DNA of 64,000 bases from contig OX597814.1 of assembly GCA_951406725.2 (NCBI GenBank), positions 191,084,001 through 191,148,000 on the forward strand. The letters run 5' to 3'. Each line of letters opens with the position of its first letter. Position 1 is the stretch's first letter. Shown in pieces: positions 1 to 14,408 of this stretch. This stretch comes from Octopus vulgaris (Eukaryota). Position numbers and translations under genes: made by a program. The notes under the pieces are model-generated. The model worked only from the letters and a program-made list of their open reading frames with translations. It did no database searches and was not told the origin of the DNA.

Positions 1-595
1 GACTGACTTGTCAAATATTCTCCCCTTTAAATACCTGCCGCTAGGCTCCAGCAGGCAGCCCCAGCAAGTTGTCACATGACACTGTCTCACCTTAACTGAC
101 CAGTGAAGGTGCGTAGTCTTAGCCTGCGCATTCTCTAAACGACCGTCACCTGTCAGTCAGCGAAGCTGATTCAGTGTCAGCTGGTCTCACCTAATATTAT
201 TCAAAGAAATCCATTTAGATTATAAAAATGTTCAATATGGAATGAACTTAAGTGATGTTCTTATAGCACACATTTGTTTTCACCAAGGTAATGCATGTAC
301 ACAAATATCTCTACACTATTAACAAAAGTAAGCAAAGGAACAATGCATTATCTGAAATACAATTTTAAAACCAGCTTTGAAGTACAAGTAAAAATAACTA
401 ATCTATTTGGTAATGACCAAAACCTTTGGGCTATTCTCTAGTATTTTAAACATTTCAAATTCCAGATATAATATATAAGAATCTAATACAGATAAAATTC
501 CAAAAAGCTAGACAGAGCAACAGGTTCCATGTTCCTATGTTAGAAAAGAATTTGCCATTGTGTTAGGCCAGGACTGATGACTGTAAAGGGACATC

Positions 596-2089
596 TTAAC
601 CCTTTCAAAACCAACCCAACTGAGGCCATTCTTGGTTCTATGGTATAAACTTGTTTTAAGATGATCTAAATTCAAATTCTCATTAAAATTGTGTGTTAAT
701 TTGTGTTCTAAAATTCACCTGAATAATGAGACATCATTTTAGTATATTCTTCATAATGTTTTAAAGTAAATGAAATAAAAAGGACAATTGAGAGTTAACC
801 ATGAGTATAGTAAAGAATTTGGTAGGGGTTCATCAAAGCTCAGTCCCTTCTTTATCATCTTTGTCCTCCAGGCCATAACAGAGGAATTCAAAACCAGCAG
901 CCTCTGGGAACTATTATATGCTGATAACCTTGCCCTCATAGCAGATTCCATATCAGAGCTAGAAGAGAAATTCCAAGTGTGGACGCAAAACCTGGAATCT
1001 AAGGGTATTAAGATTGACTTAGCAAAGACTAAGGTCCTAGTAAGCAAGAAAACTGACAGGACCCTACCCCACTCAGGTAGGTGACCCTGTTCAATTTGTA
1101 GGAAAAGTGTAGGCAGGAACTCCATACAGTGTACTCAGTGTAAGAGGTGTAGTGAATTAATAGGTAAGTTATCAGACAGTTTCTCTATGTGGAAGATGCA
1201 CAGGATTCATAAAAACTTTAGAGACTCAGGAAATTCTCTCAAATGCCCTGGTGGCTCATTAGTAGTAGTAGTAGATAACTTCTGCTACCTAGGGGACAGG
1301 ATGCACAGAGAATGTTGACAGCTAGAATAAGAATAGGATGGAGGAAATTCAAAGAGCTGTTACCTCTGTTGGCCACAAAAGGTTTCTCTCTCTGAGTGAA
1401 AGGAAGATTGTATGATGCATGTATACAGACAGCAATTATAGATGGTAGTGAGATGTGGGCCCTGAATACAGAGGACATGTGAAGGTTAAAAGGAAATGAG
1501 GCTAGATGTATAATGCAAGTGCTCATGTTCAACAGAGTGCTAATGTTTTGAGAGAGAAGTTAGGCATAAAGAGAAATTAGTTGCTATGTGAAAGAGAGAA
1601 GACACTGCTAATTTGGTCATGTGATGCAGATAAATGCTGACAGCTCCATAAAGATGTGCTGATCCCTCAAAGTAGATGGAACATGTGGAAGTGGGAGACC
1701 CAGGAAAACGTGGGAGTAAGTACCTCAGGATACTTTCAGGCAACATGACAAAGGATCAAGATGCCTAGTGCCTTGCTGTATTCAAGAAGACCCGTACTTC
1801 ACAGCAGAAGTGTTAAGACTAGTCCCTCTGGTGGTGAAAAGCACTCATGGTAGTGCTACATAAGGCCACCTGTGCGGTGGTACATAAAAGCACCCAGCAC
1901 ACCCTGTAAAGTGGTTGGTGTTAAGAAGGACATCCAGCCATAGAAACCATTCCTAATCAGACTGGAGTTTGGTGCAGCTTCCCAGCTCTGGTTGAACAGT
2001 CCAAGTCATGCCAGCATGGACAACAGATATTAAATGATGCTGATGAGAAAGGATGTGTTTCAACAGAAAAACAGTAACAAAAGGGTTAA
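596..2089. mobile_element. piggyBac-type (TTAA) MITE split by a nested RTE LINE insertion
   Basis: Left end TTAA-CCCTTT at 596, right end AAAGGG-TTAA at 2089. The flanks (600-785 and 2047-2085) resemble the uninterrupted ~215 bp copy at 34659-34875 in opposite orientation. AAAGGA occurs on both sides of the LINE insert (possible short TSD). Confidence 0.7.
786..2046 (+). mobile_element. 5'-truncated, decayed RTE-clade LINE (RT C-terminal part, Cys-rich zinc-finger-like region, 3' UTR tail)
   Basis: ORF 788-1084 has LSPFFIIFVLQAI..ELLYADNLALIA..WTQNLESKGIKIDLAKTKV (YADD RT motif mutated to YADN). It is followed by PCSICRKSVGRNSIQCTQC, ARIRIGWRKFKELLPLL and GRPRKTW remnants with stops and frameshifts, then a conserved tail ending in (ATG)n-like repeats. 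Confidence 0.85.
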
Positions 2090-2239
2090 ACAAAAGCAGG
2101 GGGAAGAGGGATTATTAATCTTCACAAGATACTGCTTATCTGGAAGAAAAGCATAGGTGCAGAAGTTACAGGAAAATGCAGCTCTAAAAAAAAGGCCAGT
2201 CTTCAGCTGAACAGATCCTATCAGGTGGTGCTATTAAGT

Positions 2240-2695
2240 CAATTTCAAGTCAAGTTTTGTGGTATCGTGGCCCATGCAGGTAGAGAAGAGTTGTTGACTG
2301 AGATGTATCCAGGTATAGGTCATTTAGCTGGTATCCCTTGAAGAGATTTGTCCAGGTTTCATTTAAAGGTGATAGGATCTTTTCCTTCTTGGTTAGTTTT
2401 GGAATAACATTAAATAGAGCAGGGCCCGTTGAGGAAAAGAAATTTTGTTGAAGTGAATTTATGTGTTGCAATCCTGAACTGTGTAGGAGGTGTATGAAAT
2501 GTAGCCCCAGCGTTAGATGAATTGTGAATATGATGTTGAGGTGATCTGGGCAATACTGGTGGTACATTCTCCACATTGTGTAAATGATGTAGCACTCACG
2601 ATGGTGCTGGAGAATAAAGTTTCAATCTTTTAAGGTGGTCCCAATAATAAAGTCAGTCATACCTTCTATTCTTTTTAGTGATTATTGCTCTCTCA
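2240..2695 (-). mobile_element. CR1-like LINE 3' fragment
   Basis: Minus strand encodes YWDHLKRLKLYS / HRECYIIYTMWRMY and SLQQNFFSSTGPALFNVIPK, matching the CR1-type ORF2 C-terminus (YWERLK.L.LYSLQRRRERY.IIY.WK; F...GP.LFN.LP). Frameshifted. Confidence 0.75.
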
Positions 2696-3316
2696 CCATA
2701 TATATATATATATATACCATGGCTGGCTTGCCCACAGATTAGTCAATTCTATAATGGTGATTTTTATCAGCTAGACAAACACTTTTTTTAGTGTAGTATA
2801 ATACTTAGATACGCTGCTTCAGATATAAGAGGGAAAGGTTGTTCTATAGCTCTGAGGTAATAATTCAATTCTTCTTAGCTAATATGAGATCATATGATAA
2901 GTCACAGGGGGGAAGGTAAATTATTAACTATATAGAAACTCAGTCAATTCTATACAGAAATCACTAAAAATATCTTGCCAACCAAGCCTATCTTGCTAAA
3001 AATAGTATTTCTTAAATACATAAAATAAACCAAAACTGTAGCAATATTAATCAAGAGTAAACATAACAAATGATAGACATGTAAAATTTCAACCAAGTGA
3101 AATAGCTAATCAGTTGTAATTTGATAAAGGTACCTAAAATGATGTGTAGGACCTTACAAAGATCAAGGCTTAGTTATATAGCATCCTTATCCATCCAAGT
3201 TACTTTAATATATTTGTTTTTAAGTCGTTAAACTTAGTTATAAAAGTGGAGTAATGTCTTAAACAGGATAAGTTAACCCTATTGAGTAAAAGTAAATATA
3301 TATATATATATATATT

Positions 3317-3475
3317 TATTGCCCACAGGGGGCTAAACATAGAGAGGACAAATAAAGGGATTAAGTCAATTACACTGACCCCAGTGCGTAACTGGCACTT
3401 TTTTTAAACAACCCCAAAAGGATGAAAGGAAAAGTCGACCTCAGCAGAATTTGAACTCAGAATGTAACAGCAACT
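3317..3475 (-). mobile_element. SINE fragment
   Basis: Contains GATTACA.TGACCCCAGT..AACTGG.ACTT...GAATTTGAACTCAGAATGTAA, a block shared with copies at ~22325-22460, 46320-46460 and 55545-55710. Confidence 0.6.
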
Positions 3476-6400
3476 GTACAGTGTAAAGATTGTGTAAGGT
3501 TGAAGGGTGGATGGCCAATGAGTCATAAATTGAAGAGATATATATATGTTAACTGCCTTTACAAAGTTGTTTTGAAATAAATGTCATAAATGACATTAAT
3601 ATGAATCAAAAGCAGCAAAGGTTCTCATTTCTATTCCCAAATGTATAATAGGACACTTGCCCAAGGTGTCACACAGCAAGATGAAACCTGAAATAATATG
3701 GTTGGGAAACAATTTTCTTAACCACACACCCATGCCTTGCACCTATACACCTGCCCAAAATTCCATGTGGTGGGACTGAAATCAAAAACACGAGGTTGAG
3801 AAGCTAACCACACAGCTACACTTGCATCTATCAAAGCCACTCCTGCACCTAAGGGTAAGCGATGACACATTAATAAAACAGACTTTACAGCTGTCTCAGA
3901 CCTGAGTAAGCAGTATTACAGTATATGCATTACCTGTTTATATCTCAACTACAATCTGTGTATATACATACAAACACACACACATGTAAATATGCCAAGA
4001 CAGATATACAATGAATCAATGTTTTTATACAGAGTAAAGCAGATTTTTTTTTATACACATAAATGACATCAGATTCTATCTTTCTCTCTCCCCCACCATA
4101 AATATGATTATCAAATAGAGCGGAATGAGTATGTTTAATGTATGACAATATTGGCTATGATGAAGACAAGTGATAACAGGGAAGAAAACCAATCAAAAAA
4201 ACTTTAAAAGCATCTATTGGTGTAAACATAAGGCATCATAGTTGCCTCTAACTCTTTCTCTTTCCTTATTTAGTTTTACTGTGTTGCCAAGGTACTTTGT
4301 CAATTATATCAGTTTTTAACCTGTGTAGTTCTCATATGCCATTTTAGCTAACAGCAATTTGCATGCACAAAACAAACACATTTTCAAACAGACTTAGAAA
4401 CTTCACCAGACTTTTTTAAGATTGAGTGAAATCACTTCATATAATTTTAGCAAAACAATGACAGCCACGGCTTGGCTGTGTGATCAAGAAGCTTGCTTCA
4501 GAACCACATGGATTGCCATTCAGTCCCACTATGTGGGCAGTGCTAGATGGTGTCCACTACTATAGCCACCAGTTGACCAATATTAGGAGTGAAATTGGTA
4601 TACAGAAACTGAAGCCCATTGTGTGTGTGTGTGTGTGTCTATATACTACTAAAACTCTGTAATTGCTTGCGTGCTTGTCTGTAATTTAATACAACCAAAA
4701 CAGCACATAATGGGATAATACTCCAAAAGTAACGTAACCCTGAAATGGGAATATATAATACTGTGAAAATTGTTTCCATTAATTTTGTTTACGTTATATA
4801 ACAATTCCTTTAGCATCTTTGTACAAGTGTACACATAAGCCATAAATAAATATATCACTGGAGTCCAAGTTTATCCCGGAAGTTCTATTTCTTTTAGATA
4901 CTGTAAATAATCAATAAAATCTTAAATATGAACTTGTAAGCCAGACCTATGATGACACGAACAAACTGAAATATTTAACTGAATCATTATGAAATTAACT
5001 TTCATTTCAATGCCATGTTGAAATCACATTCACTGCTTTATAACCTGAACCGTCAATGACCCAACAGGTCACAGGTAGTCTAGTATATATATAAACCTGA
5101 GACCATGTGGTTGGGAAGTAAGCTTTTTAACCAACAGCCACACCTGTCTGTGTGTGTATATATATACATACACACACAGAGGCAGTATAGCTGTGTGTTA
5201 AGAAGCTTACTTCCTAACCATGTGGTCTCGAGTTCAATCCCAATGAGTGGCACCTTGGGCAAGTTTCTTCTAATAGTCCCAAGTCAGCCAAAACCTGTGA
5301 GTGGATTTGGTAGAGAGAAACTGAAAAGAAACCCAACAAAAAGTGTGTGAAAGACCTTGTCTTGACCTCACATGACAGATGCAAATGATCTGAGATGCAA
5401 GTTCACTGAGAAAGCATGCCCACCCTTCTCAACATGTCACAGGGTCTTTGTGACAAAAGGCCCATTCAAACCATGTTGTTGGTTTCCAGTTCTCCTCATA
5501 ACTATGTCTGGGCTGTTCATTATTCAACAGCCTGAGAAATTATTGCCTTGCTTGGGAATAGGTGAGGGTTGGTGTCAGGAAGGGCACCCAGCCATAGATA
5601 ATATACCCTAAGCAAATACAGAAAAGTAGATGCTATGATGATGATGAATCAAATAATAAAGAATAGCAAGAAGAAAGCATGGCTGTTTGGTAAGAAGTTT
5701 GCTTCCCAACCACATGGTTCTGGGTTCAGTCCCAGGTACCTTGAGAAAATGTCTTCTACTAAGCTTTATGAATGGATTTGGAAGATGGAAATTGAAAGCC
5801 CATCATGTATGTGTGTGAGTATATGTGTATGTGTGAGGGTGTGTATGTGTGCATAACTATCTGTGTATCTCTATTTGCATGTGTGTGTGTTTGTCTACTA
5901 CCACTGATTGACAACCAACTGGTTTGTTTACATTCCCATAACTTAGCAGCTCAGCAAAAGAGACCAATAGGCTTAAAATCTAAGTACTGGGGTTGATATG
6001 TTCAACTAAAACCTTTGAAAGTGGGGCCTCAGCATAACCACAGTTCAATGACTAAAACCGGTAAAAGAAAATATTGGAATTTATTCTTTATAACCTACAG
6101 ATCCCATCACCACCACCAAAAACAAAACAAAAAATCTATATATTGCTAAGAAATTTCTGGAAGTCAATAACCAAAAATACTAAGCACCATTTTTTGAAAC
6201 ATGACTACACATCTTATATTTATTTATTTTAGATAATACATGCTTAGAGACAAGTTTTAGATACAATTTGGTGCAGTTTCGTCAATGTTTTTGTTCTGCT
6301 GCTAATATTGGGAAGAACCAGGCGTGGAAAGTCCCAACTAGCTCTATTTACATCCGTGTTTGACTGGAATGTATTGCAAAAACATATCCAAGAAAACTAC

Positions 6401-6674
6401 ATCGATCACAGAATTAAAAATAATTGACAGAAAAATCAATAAAGGAGTAACAAAATCTAGTACTGAAATCAATTGTTTCTCACTTGCTGAGACTTAGCTA
6501 TTCAATTACCATATTCCTAAATAGAACCAGAGCTCTAGGTACAGAGATTTCTAATAAATAAATATAAAATCAGCAAAATAAAAATAAAGAAATGAAGAGT
6601 TCCACCCAATCACAAAAGGTACAGACACACATACATATGCCACAGTTATTTATCAAATGGAAATTGTAGTTATG

Positions 6675-6930
6675 ATACCTGTGCTGGCGGCACGTAAAAA
6701 GCACCATCCAAATGTGGCCGATGCCAGCGCCGCCTTGACTTGCTTCTGTGCCAGTGGCACGTAAAAAGCACCCACTACACTCATGGAGTGGTTGGCGTTA
6801 GGAAGGGTATCCAGCTGTAGAAACACTGCCAGATCAGACTGGAACCTGGTGCAGCGTCCTGGCTTCTGAGACCCCGGTCGAACCGTCCAACCTGTGCTAC
6901 CACGGAAAACGGATGTTAAGCGATGATGAT
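6675..6930 (+). mobile_element. RTE-LINE 3' tail copy (5'-truncated or non-autonomous)
   Basis: GGCACGTAAAAAGCACC units, then GTGGTTGGCGTTAGGAAGGG.ATCCAGC and a (GAT)n tail; same sequence family as the tail of the LINE at 1870-2046. Confidence 0.8.
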
Positions 6931-6961
6931 ATGTATAAAAACATAAACATATGGATATATA

Positions 6962-7312
6962 TAGGTGCAGGCATGGCTGAGTGGTAAGAAGGTTGCTTCC
7001 CAAACACATGGTTGTGGGTTCAGCCCCCTCTGTGTAACACCTTGGGCATCTTCCACTAAAGCCTAAGGCCAACAGAAGCCTTATAAGTAGATATGGTAGA
7101 TGGAAACACAGAACCCTGTTATATGTATGTGTGTGTGTCTGCATTTACCCCCATCTTAACAACTGGTGTTTGTGTGTTTATGTCCTCATAACTTAGCAGT
7201 TTGGAAAAAGAGACTGATAAAGTACCAGGATTTTAAAAAAAGTAGTGGGGGTCAATTCATTTGACTTCAAGGTGATGCCCCAACATGGCCATAGACTGAA
7301 ACAAGTGAAAAA
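6962..7312 (+). mobile_element. tRNA-derived SINE, diverged full-length copy
   Basis: tRNA-like head GGCATGGCTGAGTGGTAAG..GGGTTCAG, central (TG)n and a 3' body homologous to the copy at 26361-26770. Confidence 0.75.
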
Positions 7313-9881
7313 AAGATATATATAAAAATCTGTTTGTCATGTCTAAGACAAACAGTAAATCATTCAATTGGCCTTTTAGTCAACTATTATAATACATCAT
7401 TGGGTTGAGTAAGAAATGACTAACACTAGCTTAAACTGTGTCCAGCACACCTTTAGATAATTACATTGGCTTTGACATAATTGTTTTATTGTTTTATGGT
7501 ATTAGTCCAGAGGAAGAAATTGTATCCTGGACTTGGTACTAGACTAGTTCAATTGATGAGTTTCACATTCAGCTGCAAATCACTGATCATAGGAAAAGTT
7601 TGGGTGGGGAAAGAAGTTCCAAAGGGGTCGATATAGTAGGGAAGAATGTTGGGTAAGCGGTTTTCAAAGATTGACTTCTAGATATCTGTAGTGACTAACT
7701 ATATCTTTGTATTGTCAAAGGAGTAAAGATTGTCATGTCCTAAGAGAAAAATGTTTTGGGGCTATATTTATCCCCATTTAAAAGTGAACGGTGTGTCAGA
7801 ACACTCAATACTGTGGCAGTTACAATGAGAGAACCTCTCATATGGTTTTGTGGTGTGTATAAGCAATCTACACATTGCAAGCAGAAGACAATCATTACCG
7901 TCACCACCACCAGGACTACCAGATCATGTGACTTTGGCCTCCAGTGGGCTTATTAGAATACAATTAAAGTGCTAGAAGCAGTATCAATATCAAAAGGTAA
8001 TACTTATCACCATTTATAAGTGGAAGTCACGTTAGCAATGTCATCATCATCATCGTGTAACGTCCGCTTTCCATGCTAGCATGGGTTGGATGATTTGACT
8101 GAGAACTGGTGAACCTGATGGCTGCACCAGGCTCCAATCTTGATCTAGCAGGTTTCTGCAGCTGGATGTCCTTCCTAACGCCAACCACTCCGAGAGTGTA
8201 GTGGGTGCTTTTCCGAGCCACCAGCACAAGGGCCAGTCATGTGGTATATGCACTATATATATATATATATATATATAGCACTTATATGCACTACAAAACC
8301 ACACAAGAGGTTCTCTCATGGTAACTATCACAGTATTGTGTGTTCTAACACAACATCCACATTTAGGTGCTGATAAATATTAACTTTTGGTATCAATACT
8401 GCTTCTGTTGCGTTATTTTCTTTTGTTTTTCATGGCAGCAGCATAGGATTCACATGAGTTGTCTTGGCTGCATGTGTATGACCCCTTTGTGCAGAAGGTT
8501 AAAGAGGAATAAAGAAAAATTATCATTTATACTGTAATGAACACTGTAAGGTGACAGCAAGCAAATCCTTAATAGTTTTAATATCTACCTGCCTCAGAAA
8601 GCCCCTGGTTCTATAATATAAAGTTCTAATTTTAAAGTGATCTAAATTAATGAAAGTTGTCTCCAATGAAGTACTGCATGTGGAGTACTTGTGATAGAAG
8701 TAATGGGTCAAAAAGGATTCATAGAGGTTTTCCTGGCAAGAAACCAGGTCCAGCAGTAATTTGAGGAGAATAGAAATGTTTGCAGGATGTGCAATGTACA
8801 AAAGCATATACTGGTTTATGGATGGTAAATTTGCATGTTAAAGCTGGTTAAAAACCCCACAGTCAATAGGGATGGGCATTGTAGCAATCATCTTCATCAC
8901 TTAATGTCCATCTTCCATGGTGGCATGGTTGGATGGCTTGACAAGAACTGACAAGCTGGAGAACTGCACCAGGCTCCAATTGTTTGTTTTGGCAAAGCTT
9001 CTATGGTTGGATGCCCTTCTTAACACCAACCACTTTACAGAGTGTACTGGGTGCTTTTTACATAGCACCATCACAGGTGTCTTTTACATGGCAGCAGCAT
9101 GCAAATGTTCTTAGGATATGAGAGATTCTGTCACAGCCGTTTTGATGCCACTTATTGAAAGGCTGACTTATTTGACATCAGTGGTTTTAATGTTTCTCTT
9201 GCTCTTTCACCTGTTTCCGTTTATGTATGAAAGCATATTTCATTGTGTATGAAGAGAGGCAAAGTGTTCATGTCAGTTATATTCAATTATTTAATTGTAA
9301 TGTCTCTCTCACTTTTTATTATCTTTATGTGCCTTGTAAAGAGCACTGCGTCCACTCTGCAGAGTGGTTGGTGTTAGGAAGAGCATCTAGCTGTAAAAAG
9401 CAAGCGAAAATAGACATAGAAGTCTGGTGCAGTCTTGTCAAGCTATCCAACCCATGTGGAGAATATACCACCAGTGGTGGAAGGAGTCCAAGGAGGGGGG
9501 TTCAACCTTCAGGAGTGATGAAACCCTGGATATTGGATATATAAGCACACAGGGTATAGCAGAATGGTTAAGAGGTTTGCTTCATAAATATGTGGTACCT
9601 TGGTCATCATCTACAATAACCCCAAGCCAACCAATGCCTTCTGAATGAATTTGGCAGACATTGGGTTGACAGTTCAACAGGATCCAAGTTGGAGAATTGT
9701 GTCAAGCCTCAATGTCTACTTTGGCATGGTTTCTATGGTTAGATACCCTTCCTGACACCAGTCACATCATTGAGGACAGTTTCATTGTTGCATCAATGCC
9801 TATTCTTTCATACTGAGATTGATTACGCAGGTTTGTTTACTTCTGTACATCTCAATTGATGAGTAAGCTAACCACTTCACT

Positions 9882-10290
9882 CATCATCGTATAACGTCCG
9901 CTTTCCATGCTAGCATGGGTTGGACGATTTGACAGAGGGCTGGCGAACCAGATGGCTGCACCAGGCTCCAATCTTGATCTGGCAGAGTTTCTACAACTTG
10001 ATGCCCTTCCTAACGCCAATCACTCCGAGAGTGTAGTGGGTGCTTTTACGTGCCACTGGCATGAAGGCCAGTCAGGCAGTACTGGCAACTACCTCACTTG
10101 AATGTTTTTACACATGCCACCAGCACAAGTGCCAGTAAGGCGACGCTGGTAACAATCATGCTCAAATGGTGCCTTTTACATGCCACCAACACGGAAGCCA
10201 GTTAGCCGTTCTGGTAACGATCACGCTCGTATGGTGCTCTTAGCACCCTACTAGCATGGGACACAAGTGCCAGTAAGGTAACGCTGGTAA
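9882..10290 (-). mobile_element. RTE-LINE 3' tail copy with about five tandem ~55-65 bp units
   Basis: Reverse complement of the tail family (CATCATC..GCCCTTCCTAACGCCAA..GGTGCTTTTACGTGCCAC) followed by repeated units. Confidence 0.8.
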
Positions 10291-11497
10291 CTTAATATAT
10301 TTCAACTACAGATATCATCAACTTAAATGCAACATTATCTTTACATCATTAAGCTGGTGGGAGAGGCCTAAATCATCTCTCCTGCATACGACTAGCAATA
10401 TTGTGTCACTTTCTCGACTCGGCTGAGATAAATCTCTCATAAGTTATTGTTGTCTCTAACAGACCAAAACTTATTCAAACATAGCAATTCAATTAACTGC
10501 CTCTATGCTACACAGTCTAGTAAAGCTGATCAGGGCTACTCAACCACAACAAAAACATAGCAATTCTGTAGCTTCAGGTAACCTATCCAAATATTCTATG
10601 GTCACTCATTGTGTTAGCAACCCATGTACAGTGTTTAATTACTGCTAACTCTTTTCTCCATACTACACAAGGTATTTTCTCTGTTGCTTTTAGAACCGTC
10701 TTCCTGCTATGATTACAGTACATTTAATTCCCATTCACCTTCATTTCTTCAGAATGTTAGTAATGAGAAGCAACCAACCATCTCATGAGCACAGTTAACA
10801 TTTAATGCATATTCAGTTTAATCTTTATGACTGCTTCAAAAAACTGCAGAGCAAATAGTCCCTTGGGGAGCATTGTAAATGGTTGGTTTCATCACAGACT
10901 ATGAGCATCAGTGTCCAGCAGACAATAAACCATACTAGTTTGACAAATGCAATGTTTGATTTTTGCCAAATATTTCCCTTGAAATTGTCTCACCAGAAAC
11001 AGTTTTGATTCCAAACCTTGTCTTTCCTCATTTCGTCTTGGCAGCATGTGTTAGTCGTAAACAAGTGTCACTGACATACAAGCAGTGTCATTCATTTCTA
11101 ATATTCTGCAAAACATGTCTGGCCATAAGAAACTATTACTTTGCTTGGAAACAGGTGAGGGTTAGCAAGAAGAAGGGCATCCAGCTGCAGAAAATTTGCC
11201 TCGATAAACTGTCTGACCCATGAGAGCATTGAAAAGTTGACATTTTAATGATGACCATGATGATATCAAGAAAGAACTACTCAGCCCACAGCTCTTTTTC
11301 CATCACCCAATAGACCCAATAAGAAGCATCATATATATATATATGTATGTATAAACACACACACTGGACTTTCAGTTTCTGTCTACCAAATCCACTAACA
11401 GGGCATTGATCAACCCAGGACTATAGAAGACACACAGTGGAACTGAACCTGAAACTATGTGGGTGGGAAACAAACTTCTAACCCACACAGCCACATT

Positions 11498-11499
<2 letters not shown>

Positions 11500-11559
<60 letters not shown>

Positions 11560-11765
11560 TACATATATGCATATATATATATATATGTGTGCATACATAT
11601 ATATATATATGTGTGCATACATATATATATATATATGTGTGCATACATATATGCATATATATATATGTGTGCATACATATATGCATATATATATATATAT
11701 GTGTGCATACATATATGCATATATATGCATACATTGATATATATATATCAATGTATGTATGTATA
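11500..11765. repeat. Compound microsatellite with higher-order unit (TA)n-GTGTGCATACA
   Basis: Directly visible repeated units; this is the source of several spurious YIYI/CVCV ORFs. Confidence 0.95.
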
Positions 11766-13212
11766 AATCAATGTTTTATATCTATTTTTTATGGCTGTAT
11801 GAGTTGTTCTTGTAAATTATAGAAATTTGCAGTACGGATGCAATTGTTTTCATTGGATGCCTTACCTACGACTGTCCACTCAACCATGAAGGAGGAGTAT
11901 AACCTGTTGTCAGCCAGAGTGAGGCTGACAATGATGCACCTTGCATACAAGTACAACACAATGTCTGCAAAAGAGTTTGAACTCATGAGTAGATGTGATA
12001 TTGCACCACCTGAAAAAAATCTCCGAATCACTGGTTCTCTCCCATAACATATATATATACAAGAAACCTTTCAAAACAAACTGTAAAACGTTGCATATAC
12101 ATTATGTACAAAGCATAAGCACTATGCATGCATATCCTCAGCTTTATGTATCTACAAAGTATGGCGATACCAGAGATACTAAATTACCCATGCTCGGGAC
12201 TATTAGCGGTTGAAAGCTACCTCTGCATTTCAACATACGCACACGCCAACAACGTCGCCTCCACACGGTTGCTCGACCTGCTAGAAACAGCAGCCAAATC
12301 TCCAGATTACACATTACATTCTTTAAAATGCAGGACACGTTGAGTGATGCAATCCCATGTATGTGTGTGAGTGTATATATATACATATATATATATATAT
12401 ATAAACCTGACAACAAAAATGTTTTTGATCATTGGTCTGCTCGATCAGGTCCGACCATGGGTTAAACAGCAATGTGCATACACACACACACACCAAGCAG
12501 CAATTACACCATTAGAAATTCAATCTATATGATATAGTATTGTGCACGTGTACAATTTCTTCAACCACAAATCATATTGATTGAAAGTATGGATCACACA
12601 CACACACCCCAGACAGCTTTTTTTTTCTTCTCTCTCTCTCTCTCTTAAACAACTCAATACAACTATTTATATAAAATACGTAGGACTTAAGAAGACGGGA
12701 GGTTTGTTTTTGTAGAGTCCATGAGCAGACATCTGTTTTCTACGGAAAAAAACAAATTTTAGAACGAGTCAAATAATATACATATCTATAAGAATCAGCA
12801 AATCAATCTGAGAAAGACGATCCTGTCTATATAAAAGCTATTTAATGCTTAAGCCTTTATATATATATACATACATATATATATATACACACACACACAC
12901 AAGTGTATATAGTACGTATGTGTAGAAACGTGCTATATATCTATATCTCTCTCTTTTGCATGCTCTGGTGTGTGCATGAGTATGTATGCACGAAACTCAC
13001 AGCATGGCCAAATGTTAAGAGACTGTGTGCAAACACACAAAAACAAACATTAGATATAAACATTACACATGCCATGTTTAACGACGGCATGTTCAGTCAA
13101 AATTCCACTGAATATTGCTTACACACCCCAACCAATGCAAATAACACACAGAATGAATAAACTACATATATTTCGCATGTGTTTTCCATTCGTCCATCAA
13201 CTCAAATGCATG

Positions 13213-13275
<63 letters not shown>

Positions 13276-14408
13276 GTTACTATGAAACATGAACAGCTGC
13301 CATTCAAAAATCAAAACAAATCATCCCGAAACAATAACGACGATAAGTCATATAACAATTTATCGTCCACATCCAGAAGAAAGCATATATGCTTGCACAT
13401 GGGTGTGAGGATATATATATATAGAGAGAGAGAGATATATACATATATATATGGATTCGAAAGAATATATATATATATACAAATATATAACAAAATAAAA
13501 ACTCTGTAGGGGAGGGAGACATTTTCTTATAACCACTGGTGCATGCTGAGAATCCAATATTGAGCAGTAGAGCACCAACTGTTAGAATTGTCATACAATA
13601 GATGTTCGATGGCTTGTCTTTAGGTAGGACTGTTTAGCAGATGAATCCTCATGTGACCCAAAACACAAGAGGTAAAGATTAAAGAAATGCTAGTACGGTT
13701 GGTATGGCAGAAAGCGTCTCGTTCCAAGTGGAGTTACGCATGGTAACTAACCTATAATGTAGACAGAAGGTTCTAACTGAAAAAGGTCAACACAACTGGC
13801 GCAAAGATTATTATTAATGGCCGAAACTAAAATCGTAAAATTTCTTCAAACATTCCACTTTTGTTTATCTTGTTCGGTTTATCTTCCCTAAACAAATTGA
13901 GCCGCCAATTTAAACAGATAAAAATGAGATAGCAGACAGGCATACATTCCTTAACGAATTCAGAAATGAGAAGAAGGAATAAATTTAAGGCTAAAAAAAC
14001 TGTGGAGAAAGTTGGGTATTAGTTTTCTGAATGGACCGAAAGACTGCTGTCCGTCAGCTCAAACGAAATGGCCAGATGGTCAGAGACCTACACAGGTTTG
14101 TAGTAATAATAATAATAATAATAATGATATCTGCAATTTGTGCAGGAACATAATAGGCTGAAGAAAAAAGAAATGAATAAAAGCAAACAGTTGGCGGAAA
14201 ACAGAAACTATATAAATAGAAGAACAAAACCGAAAGCAAAACATGTTGGAATCTATTTTTAAATTTCAATTCCTCTTTCTTCTTCTTTTATTTTTTATAT
14301 TTAAAATGAATAAGGAGTAAGGCGAAAATATTTCGCAAGAAGTGGGAAAGAAAATACTAGAAATACGAAAGGTTTAAAGGCCAATGAAAGAAAGAAAACA
14401 ATACTTAC

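Noticed and set aside
6653-7144. 163-aa ORF and similar LQLDALPNANH-containing ORFs throughout the window
   Set aside because: Chance open frames in the antisense of the RTE tail/SINE repeats.
11372-11822. Multiple overlapping 80-120 aa ORFs rich in Y/I/C/V/H/T (also 38958-39406, 40098-41179, 50308-50672, 53502-53956)
   Set aside because: Translations of (TA)n/(CA)n/(TG)n microsatellites; no coding signal.
1-14400. Searched for CCDC6 exon 2 (QARAEQEEEFISN-like)
   Set aside because: Not found by eye; presumed to lie left of the window.
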